Shown here one piece after another: positions 24,780 through 39,059 of a DNA stretch of 64,000 bases. The stretch lies in the NCBI GenBank assembly GCA_965153455.1, contig OZ234493.1, forward strand, positions 13,258,213-13,322,212, in the 5' to 3' direction. The first letter of the stretch is position 1; every line of letters begins with the position of its first letter. The notes under the pieces were generated by a model. It was given only the letters and a program-made list of their open reading frames with translations, was not told the DNA's origin and did no database searches. The translations under genes were made by a program, and so were the position numbers. The stretch is from Sphagnum compactum (taxonomy: Eukaryota).

Positions 24780-27700
24780 TTATTTCCAAAGTTTGACACA
24801 CTTGTCATGGCTGGCAGAGGCCACCATGCCGGTTGCAGATGACTGGGCAAGGGCAGCAATCAAGCCTCCATGAGCAGGCACTGTCATGCTTTTGTTCTCG
24901 ATCATATTCCACAGCTCCAAAGACTGCACATCAAACCCCAGGCTCTTAATGCAACCTTCCAAACTCTCAATGCATGTATTGTATTAAATATTGGAACAAA
25001 CACAGCCTGATGTATACTACTGAAAAGGAGTAGTCCCCACAGCCCATAGAGAGAATCAACTGGATGTCAAATCATAGAACTTGTTGCCCAAAGGAGTCAA
25101 CAGAGTGGAGACTTGTCATAGTAATAGCATCCCTAAAGATGGGAATAGTGTTTCATCCTCCAGTGTGTGAGTTTCAAACAATTGCAGAGAAGAATTGGGT
25201 TTAAAAAATTAGTAAGTAGGACCAATAGCAGAAGCGTACCTGATAACAGCCAATGACCAATAAGGATGGATAATTAGGGTGAAACACACATGAATGGAAC
25301 TTGTTGCCATTGCAATTGAGTTCATGAACACACTCTCCATCACTACCCATGCCCAAGTTCCACACTCTGACTGAGTCCTCACTAACAGATGCCACAAAGT
25401 CCCCAGAGGCATCCCAGCACACTGAGTGTACGGGCTTGGTGTGTCTCTGCACATAGAAGAGAACAGTAGTCAAGAGATTTAAGGCTTCAAACCAAACTTC
25501 CAAGGAACAAAGTTCTGCAGGATCCTCATTCAACTCAGCATGGAACATCTGAAAGTTTAGAAATGTCTCCCTCCTTATGTTTGGTGGCTTACACTAAACC
25601 TCAGTTGTATGCCCTACATCCTCTTATTCTGGCATGAGTCAGAGTTATGTACATTTAAGGAGTGAACACAAGTTTCTGACTCCACATCAAGAATGGATAC
25701 CACATTCTCTGCAGCAGCAGCAAGTAACCTTCCTTGTCGAGGCTGAAATCTCATCTGAGTCATCCCACCCTGCAATCAAGAACCCCTAATGAGTGCATCC
25801 CACACTCACAATCTTTGGCAAGAGAAAAAGCATGCTAAAAACCTCACCTACTCGATCAACAGTCTAAAATCTTGCACATACTTCTGCAAGCATACAACAT
25901 ACCTTAGACACTCGGGTGCAAACACCCTGATTTACACTCCAGTACCGAATTTCACTGTCACCATCACAGGAGCACAGGAGATCTTCATTGTTTGGGTGAA
26001 AATCCAGAGACATGACTGAAGTTTGATGGCCAGTGAAAGTCCGCAGAGAATAGCTTGGCTGCATCCATGAGTCAAAAATACTTTTGGCTTTTCAGACTGA
26101 ACAGGAGACTTTTCCAGAACAAAAATCTGTATTGATGTTGCTCCTCCAAAGTCAAATTACACAGCTAGTAACAAGGAAGGCAAATGCTGGTTGTGGACTT
26201 ACATTGTCTGCATCCCACACCCTCACAGTCTTGTCAAATGATGATGTTGCCAACCGTGTTGAGTTTGGACTGAACCTAACATCCGTAATCAGTAAACAGT
26301 GCTCTTCAAGAGAATTCTTCAGCTTCAGTGTATCCATATTCCATAGAACAGCCTGTAACAACACAGGGAAATTGGGAAATGAGTAAAATCGTACTAAATG
26401 ACACCCAATATCACAACTACATTAGGTGATTGACATGATGGAAGTGTCTTCTAACAGGAGCACACAAACGAATTACTGACTCCTGGCCAGCATAGACTGA
26501 TTACCTTTTTATCATGGCCTGCACTGGCTAACATCTTTCCATCTGAGGAAAAATGACAGCAAACTACTTTGCTGGTACTTGCCCGCAGACAGCCCACCTC
26601 ATTGAAAGAGAAACCTGTTAAAATGCATCCCATGCTGTACAGTATTGTGAGACTGCGTACAGAGAGTGCCATTACCATGCTCAGCTCACAAATTTCCAGA
26701 TTCACATATTCATGCCTTGGAAGAAGGCAAAAAAACCAATAATCTACAAACAGAGGAAGAAATATGCACCTTTAGAGACATCCATATTATGCCCTGCAGG
26801 AGGTTTGCTGGTGCCAAACAGAGACTCACGAGCATCTGCCTCTTCGTGAGACAAAAATGACTCCACGTTATCATCCAGTGAACCATCTTCACCAAATCTG
26901 TCCATATCGGCCTGGCATCCAAGACAAACTACTTACTTCTGACATCCATTAGTGCAATCAAAGTGAAATTTCTTCACTACAGAGCCCAAAGGATAATGAA
27001 CAAGTAGGATTTTGCACATTTGGATAGTTGTATTGAAAAGCACACTAGCTTTACTATTTACCAGCTGGTTAGAAGGTGACGCCAATGTTGCAGTTCCATC
27101 TGCTCCATACATGAGTAAAGGCTTTGAAATGCTGCTGTTATGTTGAAGAGCTCCAGCCATGGACATGACATCTGCAGGTGTGTGAGTAGATGGGGTGGAT
27201 GGTGCTGAATTTGGAGAAGGACCTGCTGTGTTAGTAGTTCCTGAGCTGTTTGCAGGGCCTGAGGAGTTTGCTGTCTGCTTTCTCTTCCGTGCACTTTGGG
27301 CACCCTTTGCTGCAGCCTTTTCCCCAAAAAATACACAAATCCATTAGATAAGGCTTTACATGCAGAAATTTCAAACCCATGCTTAAAAAGTCAACACAAA
27401 CCCAAAGGGCCAGACATCTAACCAAATAAGAGTGACATATAGTGGAACAGACATCCATACCTTGACCATGCCAGTGCTATTTGTGCTGGGACTAGGCTCC
27501 AGGCCACCATATGCTGGATCATTAGTGCGGAAAGAGTTTGAAACATCTACAGTTACTGCAGCCAAACGATCCTGCTGTTGCTGCTGGAGTGTGGGAGGTG
27601 GTTGCTGCTGCTGCTGCTGTTGTTGCATTTGCGCAAGCTGCTTCATTTGCATTAAGAATGGAAACCACCACATTATTCTCATGTGCATCCAATCCATTGT

Positions 27701-30700
27701 GCCAGTCATACCCAACACACAAATAAGATATAAATGCAGAGAAAATCCCCAAATGCGTAAAGGTCACCAAAGATTCCTTTTTCTCATCTGAGGTTGCTAT
27801 GAATGAACACAGTAGACACTTTCTGACAACTTCAAATCAGCCAGGGATTTCCTGGTTTCTCCTTAAGTGAAGACCTGGACTGCTTCCAAGTCAAATATAC
27901 AGAACTAGAATGTATAGTCTCACACTCCTGAGATGAATAGTTCTGAAACAGCCCAGGTGAGCCAAAAGAGTTTACATAACCCTCATGGCCAACTATCTAA
28001 TGACAGTGGTTTCATTGAGCTGGGTTCATGAGACCTCAGACAGAATAGAGGTTTGAGCCTCAAATTCACCTCACACATATTACAGGCAAAAACATTGAAC
28101 ATGTTTTGAGCTCTGTCCAGAATCTGCAGAGGACTTGAGGTCTCTTCCAATACAATATCAGACCATACAGGCATTGCTTATTCTGCTACAGCAGCCTAGG
28201 GCATGGTCTACGGTGACAAACCCTGTTGAACTAGAATAGTAGATGCAGGGCAATTGAGAGACATTTAACTGAGGGCTACAATCTTGAACTGAATTTATAC
28301 AATGTTAACTCCAAAGTAACTCATGGAAGGTACCAAATGACCACAGCATCCTCTGATACTCCTTTCTAATCTCAAGATAATGGTGCTGAAAAACTGGCAA
28401 CTCCAAAAGGCAACAGTTGCAATGGTTTGTTTCAATGCTTACTCTCTTAGCAGAGTGTTCCGTGCTCCATCTGAACACTAAAAGACAGTGCCAGATATCT
28501 ACAAAGACCCCCTTCCTCAGAAAATATGAAAATGAAACTGCTGAAAACAGAGTAACCAACCCCTTCAGGAACACCCAATCTCAAACTCTGTTTCCTTTGG
28601 TTGGATCAGGTGTAAATTACCTTCATTAAGAGCTCTGTTTGTGCCTGGTCTTGAGGGGTACCACGAGCTAATGGTGAAGCGGCCTGCAAGGGGGAGCCCA
28701 CACCTTGAGACAAATCACTGCTTGCAGTAGACTGCCCATCCTTAGCTGTCAATCCACTTCTACTTAAGAGCATTCGTAATCGACGTGGGTCTGTATCCGA
28801 AAGAAGGGGTGAGCCAGATGAAGACATATTTCCATGAGCCTGAGCTTGGAGCAGAAGCTGCTGCTGCTGTTGGGCTGTCAACATCTGGAATTGTTGGTAC
28901 TGCTGGGGAGACTGAATGAATGGTTTTTGTGTAGAAGCCCCTAGCCCTGGCCCCTACCAATATCCCAAAAACAATGCATCACTATAACATCCATTAGCCA
29001 ACAAACCAGTGCAGAATATTATAAGAGCAATGCCATTATTAAGAGCACTGAAATCTTTTGCCATGCACTTGAGCAACAGATCAATGAACAGAACTCTCTG
29101 TGCAAACATCTCACATTTATTTCAATGATGAGAATATAGCATCTTCATAAGTCTTGAGAACTAAGAGAATATAAGTGGAAGGAAACTCACTGTAAGTGGC
29201 CATGCCTTTCCACCTTGATTCAATCCTGTAAAAACTTCAGTTGGTCATCAGCTAGCTGACTGAAGTAAATTCTAATGTTGATCATGGTAAAATGGGAATC
29301 ATTTGATGCTGCTTTACAAAGGCATCAAAGTAAGTCTCATGCAAAGAACACGCGTTGATGGTGTTCACAAACAATTGAAGCAAAAAAGCTGATGTTGGTC
29401 ATGTTAAAATGGGGATCATTTGATGCTGCTTTACAAAAGCATCACAGTAAGTCTCATGCAAAGAACATGAGCTGATGGTGTTCACAAAAAATTGAAGGAA
29501 AAAGGCTGATGTTGGTCATGTTAAAATGGGGATCATTTAATGCTGCTTTACAAAAGCACCAAAGCAAGTCTCAGGCAAGAACATGAGTTGATGGTGTTCA
29601 AGATGAATTGAAGCAAGAAGGAATGAGATGATGGACCAAGAGCACAAGATACAAACCTGGGCTATGAATAGCTGGTTTGGAATGCCCTGTTCCTGGGAGA
29701 CCAAACATAGCAGAATCTGGAGCTAGAGACCTCTGGCTCAATACGTCATTCTTGTTATCCTGAATCACCAAACACAAATGTTCAACATAAAAGCAGTTAT
29801 GATAGTTTTTTAAACAAAAAACACATCAACTACTACTTTTGTACCGAAGATAATGTGTTCAAAGTGCACCTGAGAGCTTGCTGACATCTGTTGTGGGCGA
29901 GACTGGACTTGTTGCAAGGGTGTTGCAATACCAGCTGTACCATGCAGCGAAGGCCTGTTTTCCACAGACATAAACTAAGTCAGAACAGTCTGAATTGCAT
30001 GAGGATTGCATTTATTGTCTAACTAATTGGTGCCCATCACAACCTTCACAGTTATAAGAACATTCTGAGGCCATATTAACCTCTATCACCTTCCTTGAAA
30101 TTGTCTACGCTTCCTTCAGAAAACAGGAAGTGAGAAACATGGACACAAAAATTCTACTTACAAACTCTAGGAATCACAATCACACTATACCACCCTAGAG
30201 ACCTGTTCAACCATGACTGATTATAGGACATCCCCACCTCAAATCAATTCCTCACTTGTTGTCAACATTATCATTGAGATTAACACCATAAACCGTCTAG
30301 TTCTGGAAAATGAATTCTGCATAGATACATGGCAAACTGTACATGCTCACAACTTTCCTGTCTTACACAAACTCATCCCAGAACAATGCCTCATAAGCTA
30401 TCAAAGCAAGGATCTAGACTAGCAAAGGGTTTTATGATCAGCCAAAGTTGTTTCACAACATCCTTCACTTGCAAAATGTCAACGTCTTGAGTCTTCATAC
30501 TGCCCCTTGACACTTTCTCAAAATGTGGAGTGCATTCAGGACTCAGTGCTAAATGTATTGGTCAGAGCACATCGTACCTCTGCAAAAATAAAAAAACCAC
30601 CCCACCAAATGCAACTTCAGCCACAAAACAGCAAAAATATAGTTTATAAACAGTCCCCAGCCAATTTCTAGGAGTTTCCATAGTGGGAAGAAGACAAGAA

Positions 30701-33700
30701 GGCACAAAAGGGTCTGCAGGAACATTAGCTATTGCAGCTGGAGGTGTGGTTTGGACATGCAAAAGCTACATAGCATATGTCAAGGATTTTAATTGACACT
30801 TCAGTCAAGAGATTGCTGGCTGGGACAGTGATATTAGATTGTGATGGCAATTGAGCATCACATGGGCAGTAAAGCTCATTGCACACAGTTCCAAAATGTA
30901 TTCTTAATGGCCTCTATGCATCAGATGACAAGGTTATGCCATATGCCCTGGAGATTTGCGCACTGCTATGCAATTTTTTCACAGGTTGCCAGTCAAAGCA
31001 GTCAATCACAACTGACAACAGACCCAACAAGCAGGATCAAGGATTTCGCAGCTTGTTTTCAGAATACCTTCATGGCTGTTTCATCAACTGCATCCCTTGG
31101 ATGCGGATGCTTGAGGCGTTCTTCATATATTTTTGTTGCCATTGCATTTGCTGTGGGCTGCCGCAAAAGTGCATCCCCACCTAAGCCATTTGCAGAGCCA
31201 TTTAGAAGATGACTGGCTTCTCGTCGCTGCTGCTGCTGTTGATGTTGCTGTTGTGCATGATGTTGCTGCAATAATTGCAGCTGCATTTGCTGGAGCTGTG
31301 CTGCTTGTTGCTGCTGATGCTGGTGCTGGTGCTGGTGCTGGTGCTGCTGCTGCTGTTTCTGTTGCTGTTCCCGAGCTTTCAGTTGTTGTGTCTAAGCATC
31401 ACCTCACATACAACTTGTTACAGTGGCTGAAATGATATCAAGTCTAATGCTGTTCCATAGATGACAGACACAGCTGAACTGACATATTTGTGGACCAGCC
31501 TCCCAACCAGAAGTGGTCGTCTAGTCCAAATAAACATCATTGGAAGCCCCAAATCTGAAGTTGCTCAACCTGTACCATCTACTGGTTGATATTTCTGGAG
31601 ACCTTAAGATTTGACACTAAAAACAAACAATGTTCCAGTCCAGTCAAAATGCCCAAAGGCGTTTCCTATCTGAATGTAGTTCAGATTCGGGCATGAATAC
31701 CACAAAGTTCTCATGAATCAATTGTAATTTCCAAAGAACATCCTTCGTACATGAAAGGCACCTTCAAATTCAGAAGTAATATGATCAAGAGGTTCTTAAG
31801 CAGCAGATTGCTTGGGATCTTGTGGAAGTTCCAAAAGATATCTTTCATAAGAATAGAGAAATCTCCATTGTCACGATGAACAAGAAACAGCAAGGTTAAC
31901 ACTTCCTCAGGAAGCCACAGAAAGAACCAAACTAGGGAAGACAGAACAAACAAAAAACACACACCGGTATGAACAAAAGTGCCAGTCTCACACCTGTTCA
32001 GGGACCATCAACAGTAGTATGTATGATAGTGACTTAACTACCACAACTTCCCCACTGACTTCATCAGCTCCCTACAGTGGGTAAAGGCTGGTGACAAGCA
32101 CCAACCTATGAACTGAGTTTCTGCTGCAATTCTGGAAACAATGGGAAGACTCAGCCATACTACTGGCTAGCAACAGACCACAACAAGAAGGATAAGACAA
32201 AGAAACAAAGAATGACAGAAAGGGACAAGAAAATCTAAAGGAAAGGACAAACAGGGAAAGACTATGAACAAGTGGGCTAACAAGAAGCTCCCCACTTACA
32301 AGACCCGAAGCAAAATCATTTCGAAAATGCCAAAAGCAGAAATTCCAAACAGGAATTTTTCTTTAATAAGCAACCCTCTAGTTCTCTTTAGAAGAATTTT
32401 TAAAGGGTAGGCTTTTACCTTCAGAAAGTAAAATAAGACTGACCATCTGAAAGACAAAATACTTCTTACAACTACAAAGTTTCAAGAATCTGTAAAACTG
32501 ACTATTGATAACCCCCAGCTTCGCAGTCATTGAGATATTGGAATGAACATGATGGATTCTAATCATTTCAATACCTGCATACTCTGGTTGAGAGTGTTTG
32601 TCAAAAATGTCACAGGATAAACCTTGAAGACTTTGTCCCACAGCTAGATCCAAGAAATTACAAGAGAAGCCTTTAGATGTACAATTCAACTCACAAGATG
32701 TTTTTGGGTATATGCTGCTAAAAAAAGAGTCTTGGTTAAGGTACATGAAGTTCACAAAGTCTGGAAAATCAGGAACAAACAGATCATCCACAAACCTACG
32801 AACCAGGGACAATCTATGAAGCACAACAGGACATGTGTTACTCTTCAAGAGATGCTTAATGAAATCAAACTCATAGGCAAAGAGATAGAAATTAGCCAAA
32901 TAGACTGCACAATTAGTACCCATGGGGATACCAATGCATTGTCTATAAACACCATGACCAAAACAAAGAAACAAATCGTCTAATAAGAAATCCAGCCAAG
33001 AGATCAAATCGGAAGCCTCGACAACTTTGAAGCTATGAAGATTTTCAAACAGGTTGATCTCTGCTTTATTTTTCAGCCACAAAAACCTAAAGCTCAAAGC
33101 TGTTTTTTGAACCATAAAAAACTTAAAACAATGAATCTTCAGCATCCGATTAAACACTTTGTTTATCAGAACTCTCATACAAGCTTTCAGATCCATCAGG
33201 TCAATTTTAGTGTATAGAGTTGAGAAATCAAAAGACTGCAACAGAAGTGGTGAAGCTTTATCAATTTCAGATCTCGAAAGATTAAGCTTATTTATTACCT
33301 CCACCATTGGAAGTTCCAAAAGATTGCAAATCCATTGCCTGTCCTTCTAAGAGCCCTAAGTTGGCAAGGAAATTTTACCTCAATATAGGAGGCAGCCACT
33401 TCAGAGTGTTTCTCATTAGTACGAGCAATGAAGATATCCCAGAACACTGACCACCATTCAAAGAGAAAACCACCGGGTGCATCGATAGCTGCAACACCAA
33501 AGCAACAGTTGTTAACGAGAAGCCCGTGAACAGCAATATTAGCATTCAATATAGCTGCCACCACCACCACCACCACCATAGAGGGGAGTACTGAAAGCAT
33601 ACCAACTGGATCAGATGACACTTTCCCTTCATTCAGGAAAGCCTTGGCTGATGCCTGCAGATTTCTCTTCACCAGGTAATCGTAGATGTACACATCCAGC

Positions 33701-34777
33701 CTGTAACTCAAAACAAAAATCAGCACAAATCCACACAAAGACCCAAGAAAATTCCTGTCCGCAAGACACTCAACCTTCTGAGGCACATTTATTACAACTT
33801 GTTGAAATATCTAATGCTGTAGATTCATAGCCGTTAAAGCACAATATGTTGCCCCTTCTGAACTATGAACCCCCCCTCCTCTAAAAGCAAAGTCTTTTAG
33901 CTTCTTTCTTGCATCTCTTGCAACAAGAGCACATGCAGATTCTACTCAATCTCAGGAGTAGTATGCACAATTCAGCTGGTACAGATTGCAAGCTTGACAC
34001 TTGAATCATTGGCAGGCTCTCTAAGCTCTAGGGTTTTGCTTCAGGCTCAATCCAACTACTTCCACACACAGGAGTAGTATTCCTAGCTTCTGCTCAACTA
34101 GGCTTCTTATTCAGTGCCACACCAATTCACAATCTTAAAAGAAATGACATCAGATTAACCTTCACACTTCACATACCCACTCTCTAAGTACCACAATTAG
34201 TCGCTTTAGATCATAAACGAGCTGAGGAAGTTCACTTCCACATCCCCCAGCCGCCGGGGGTAAACACCAAAAGAAAGAAAAACACCATCACAAACGCCAA
34301 AAGTTTTCACTCCAAAACGCTCCCAAAATCGTCACGGAAAATTCTCTCGCAAACTCTCTCTATCTGTCTGTCTCTCTATGTCTATCTTTTTGTCTATCTG
34401 TGTCTGTGTCTGTCTGTCTTTTTCCACTTGCAGTTACATATAGCACTCTACACAAACAACCTCAGCATCCGCGTTGCCACTCAAAATCAATCATCAGGAA
34501 TCATCAGGCATACATCCTCGATCCGATTTCTATTTCCCCTCCGCAAATCATTAAATTCAAAACCAAATAACACACACACACATACACATACATACACACA
34601 ATCTACACCAGCAAGAAACACACACAAACACAAAGCAAAGCAAAGCGCGACAAAACACATTCTAGGTGCAACAAACCGGCAGCAGAAAGGGGGAAGGGAA
34701 GGACGGAGGGGGGAAGTGGGGAATCAAGTCATCAAGAGGCTTTACATTTTATCAGCTTCCCAGTTACTCTGTGCCAT
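24780..34777 (-). CDS. LUG: LEUNIG / LEUNIG_HOMOLOG-like transcriptional corepressor (LUFS/LisH, Gln-rich, WD40)
   Basis: Exons 34777-34746 ([11 protein letters not shown]), 33700-33603 ([12 protein letters not shown]), 33488-33379 ([23 protein letters not shown]), 31391-31068 (poly-Q), several small exons (not all resolved), and WD40 exons from about 26614 down to ...[13 protein letters not shown] at 24780. LUG and LUH cannot be told apart by eye. Confidence 0.92.
29274..29620. repeat. Intronic 117-bp tandem repeat x3
   Basis: Units start at 29274, 29391 and 29508, each containing ATGTTG(A/G)TCATG(G/T)TAAAATGGG. Confidence 0.9.
31840..33307 (-). mobile_element. 5'-truncated Penelope-like retroelement in LUG intron 3
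   Basis: RT motifs [35 protein letters not shown] and FLDL. Flanked by the exact 17-bp direct repeat TGGAAGTTCCAAAAGAT at 31823-31839 and 33308-33324. Confidence 0.85.
32296..33307 (-). pseudogene. Penelope-like reverse transcriptase and thumb, one frameshift near 32430
   Basis: ORF 32378-33319. The shifted frame continues [14 protein letters not shown]...ILLRVL* to TAA at 32298-32296. No GIY-YIG domain follows. Confidence 0.8.
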
Positions 34778-35359
34778 GGCGAAAAAAAAAGTCGTGAAAA
34801 TGAAGTTCCCAGCACACAGCAGCGATGACGAGGAGGAGGTGAAAAACTCTGCTCTCCTGATGATGATATGTTTCGTCTCGCTCCAATCTTCTCCTGTTGT
34901 CCTTCCCTTCACTGTTACCCCATTTTCTTGCTCTCCGTCTGTCTCTATGTGTGTGAAAATGTGTGTGTGTGTAAATCTCTCTCTCTCTCTCTAAATCTCT
35001 GTCTATGTTTTCGTGTCTGTGTGTCTCTTTCGCAGGAATAGACTCGCGCGGGACAAACGAGGAACGACGTGAAAAGCACGAATGAAAGAAGTGAAGCGCA
35101 AAGGCACGCGCGCGCGCACAAAGGGAAGCGAGACACGAGAGAGAGACACGAGAGAGACGAGAAAGCCTACGAAGACCCCTACGAAGACCTACGAAGTAGC
35201 GCCAATAAAATAATAATCAAATAATCAAATAAAATAATGAAAATTTGGACTTATCATTTTGGGCGCGTTGCAACTTTGCACGTGCGGGGGGGATGGTGTT
35301 TTTCCTTTATTTATTTATTTATTAAAAACTTTTTGGCGTTAATTTTGCAAAAAGTGGTG

Positions 35360-35600
35360 GATCATCCATAAGAAGGTTTAGCCAAATTTGGTTACAAACA
35401 AGATATGAAAAAAAAACTTAAAATTAATTATCCTTTTATATTTTCAATGTACCTACTTGAAAGTTGAACCAAATATAAAAAGTTACAGATTTTTATTTTA
35501 TTTTATTTTTCAAAATTTGATGATTGAAAAATCACTTGATTTTCACATTTTTGAAATTTTAATTTCCCATTTTGGTGAACTGTTGGAAGTAAAAAAACAA
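35360..35600. repeat. Dispersed repeat with palindromic core TAGCCAAATTTGG(C/T)TA, copy 1
   Basis: GATCATCCATAAGAAGGTT then TAGCCAAATTTGGTTA at 35379-35394; related copies at 56967 and 58453. Bounds approximate. Confidence 0.65.
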
Positions 35601-37469
35601 AGGTTGGACTTTGCAACCTTCTTTCATCAAATAAATTTTCATCAAAAAGAGAATGCAATTATCAGTGAATGCAACAAGGTCATCCATCCACTTGTCTTAT
35701 CCAGGAGTTTTTTTTTTTCTAAATTAAAATTAAAATTTTAATATAAATTTTAAATATTTAAATTTATTTATTTAATTTTAAATTTTATTATTATTTATTA
35801 TTTTTATATGGTATCAAAAGCATAGGGTCGCATGATTTGGACAAGATGTTATATTTTCTCTTTCCTCATCAAACTTCATAATCTTGTCAATTTGTGCTTT
35901 ACATGGTTTTGCACAAAATTACGTAGTTCTTATTTTGACATTATGCACAAAATATGATCTTTTTGGATTTTTCATGGGATTTGAACCCACCACAAGGAAA
36001 TAGGATCTAGTTATTACCACTATCCTACTATTTATTTTTTTTGATGTTTCGAACAAGTGTATCCAATTTTGAATATAATAATTTAAACTTTTTAAGTTAT
36101 TAGTCAAACCTTGCAAAAACACTAAGCACGGCATTTTGCACTAAACTTTATCTAACGTTTTTTTTAACACCTTGCAAATTTCAATTAGCTGGGTGTTTAG
36201 TGTCTTGCATGACTTGGGAGAGGGTTATAGTATTATGGTCACATCCAAATAACCAAAAATACAAACAAACACATATCTTAATATATAGGTTTTCTATTTT
36301 GAAAGCATTCAAAGTTCTTGTTAGTTTGAATAAGAGATAGAGCCAATACATAATTTTTAATGTTAGGCAAGGGTATTAACAAATTATTTTTAAACCATTA
36401 TTTTCATGCAACCAATGAAAAGGTTCAACATGCACTCAAACAACCCCATTTTTATCCCATATACTTTGGCAAAAGTTGAATTTATGTATATATATATATA
36501 TATATATATATAAATTAAAAAAAGTTGGGCCAAAGGGAAGCACCTCTTTGCTTCTACTTTTGGGAGTGCACACTATTTTTTAAAAGTAGTGATGGGCCAA
36601 TCAAAGTTGTTGTTTTTCTCTCTTTTGTTTGCCTGACATGGTTTGAAGAAAATTATTTTTCTTCAGAATTTTTGGAACTATTATAGTTCTTGTAAATGTG
36701 GACCTAAAATTCATGATTTTATTTTTTTTCAAATTTTAGTTGTTGTATCATTGCATGGAGAAAAATTTTCTGATATAAAAATAAATATGTCTATATCATG
36801 GAAAGCAACACTAAATAAACAAGGTATGAAAATTTTTAATTTCACAAAAATGGTGATAAAAAATGTCAACATTTTGCATGAATGCAAAGAATCTAGAGAT
36901 GTGGATAGATTGTTGAGAGGTTCAATGATAGGTGAATTTTATTGATGATGAAAATAAAAATTCAATAAGAAACACCCCTTTATATAGAAGAACTACAAAA
37001 TACAATTGAAAAATATATTGAGAAAATAACAATTCAAAATAACACTACACAACATAAATAAAAACTTGAACAACTATAAATAAAATACCTATTACGTAAT
37101 ACAAGCTCTAATGCATATGTCATTGAAATAACAAAAAAATTTAAATCAATGAAAAATATTAAACAAATAGAACCAAATGAAACAAATGACATGAACATCA
37201 TAAATGAGATTCAAAATAATATAAAACAATGGAATCATGGTTTAAATTGTTTACAAAATCAAACACCCACTGAATCAACAACAAAAAAATTACAATCATA
37301 TACAAATACAAATCATAAACACCTTGATTACAATTCCAACAACCTAAATTACGAAACATGTACCATTGGTTGACATAAAACAATCAAATGATTCACATAT
37401 CAATGTGAAAAATATAACTTTTTTTATGAAGACATTAATTCACCCACATCAATTGAAAGATCCATTAAA

Positions 37470-38090
37470 GAAATGTATGAATTGAATGAATTACAAATTC
37501 ATGCATCTGACACATTCATACAAATAAATTCCAAAAACAAAATTACAATATGTTGGTGGTGTTGCAAGAATAAGAAAAACACAAATCATTAAAGCCATTC
37601 AAAAATGTTATATAAAAACAAAGATTGAAAATTTTTTTTGTATTGCAACATATATAGGAAATGGAGCATTGTTAGTAGGTGGGATTACTATCCATTCTTT
37701 ATTGGGCTTATGTCATTGTAAGTAAATCAAACTCAATAATAGACATTTGGCCAACTATTAAATATATGATTATCAATGAAATTTCAATGGTCGGCTACAA
37801 CATGCTTGTTACAATGCATTTGAAGTTGCAAAAATTGAAATTTAAACATATTACCATTTGGTGGGATAAACATAATGTTTATGGGAGATTTCTTACAATT
37901 TCCAAGCATAACCGACACATTGTTATATTCAAAAAATGTTCAACCAATCTTTGCATCCACAATATTACAAAAAAATTATAAGAAAAAGTTTATGGGAAAA
38001 TTACATTCATCTTAATAACATCATATTAATAGAACAAATGCAATAGAGCAAAAACACACAATATGCATCAATTTTAGAAAATCTTAGATT
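37470..38090 (+). pseudogene. Highly decayed PIF1-like helicase (old Helitron-type remnant)
   Basis: Degenerate YVGG.A...KTQIIKAI, ATY.GN.ALLVGG.TIHS, YMIINEISMV and PFGGINIMFMGDFLQ read across frameshifts. Confidence 0.7.
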
Positions 38091-39059
38091 AGTAAAATTA
38101 CAAATTTAAATTTCGAATGATTTAAAATATGATTTTTTTTCCAATTTGAAATTAAATTTATTTGAAGATCCATGGAGGATAACAACCTTCATAGTTCTTT
38201 GAAAGGAACCACGCAATGCCATCAACCATCACATAATTAATATTAAATCAAAAATATTAAAACAAAAATGTTACACAATTTTAGCCATGGACATTTCATT
38301 AGTAGAAAACCACTTCTCTTCCAATTGTGGGCTCAACTTGTTTTCAACTATAATTATATTGAAAACGACTTTTCAACTACAAATTAGTTTTTTCAATTAG
38401 TTACCACAAGACTTGACAAATATAAATTGAGCTTGAAATTACAATCCACAATTATGGCCACGTGTCAACATCCTGCCAGTAACGAGACACAAACATTTTA
38501 GTTGAAAATGATCTTGAACATTATAGTCAACAATTATTTTCAACTATTCAAATTGATGTTTGTTTCTTTTTCAGGTTTTGCAATGTTGCTACTAAATTTG
38601 CAATCAATAATGAGAATATCTAATTAACTATCACTAATGTAGTAGGTAATGTAAATTTCCATGTTGAAAAAATGAATAATTATTTTTTTAAATGAAAATT
38701 TGATTCATATTTTTAAATATTGTTATTTCATGATTTATAGTACTTTACCAAGATATTGTCATATACAAATAGTGAAATTATTTATAATATAACTTGTTGT
38801 AGTTACGAAAGTTTCAACAATTCCATCCATCCATTCTTCATTTTATTTTATTTCTTATTTCATGGTCAACAACAATCTACCAAGATATTGTCATATACAA
38901 AGAGGGATATTATTTATAGAGGGTACCCGTGACCTTCGGACACTGTGAACTCCCCCAGTTTCATTAAATCATATTTATTTCAAAGAAACATTCTGTTTTA
39001 AACAACTGCACGTCGTGAACGTAGCTTCTCGCGGAGCCATTTAGGAGATGCATGCAGCC

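Noticed and set aside
31990-32070. Box C/D snoRNA or SECIS element from TGATGA...CTGA
   Set aside because: No terminal stem, recognisable rRNA guide or SECIS helix; it lies inside the PLE tail.
33295-33786. 163-aa ORF as a standalone gene
   Set aside because: It is LUG exons 2-3 read through their introns.
34915-34923. Upstream ATG in the LUG leader as an overlapping uORF
   Set aside because: Reads ATG GGG TAA, only two codons; no evidence of function.
38297-38639. Possible small CACTA-like MITE (CATTAGT...ACTAATG)
   Set aside because: Only a 7-bp inverted match and no TSD.
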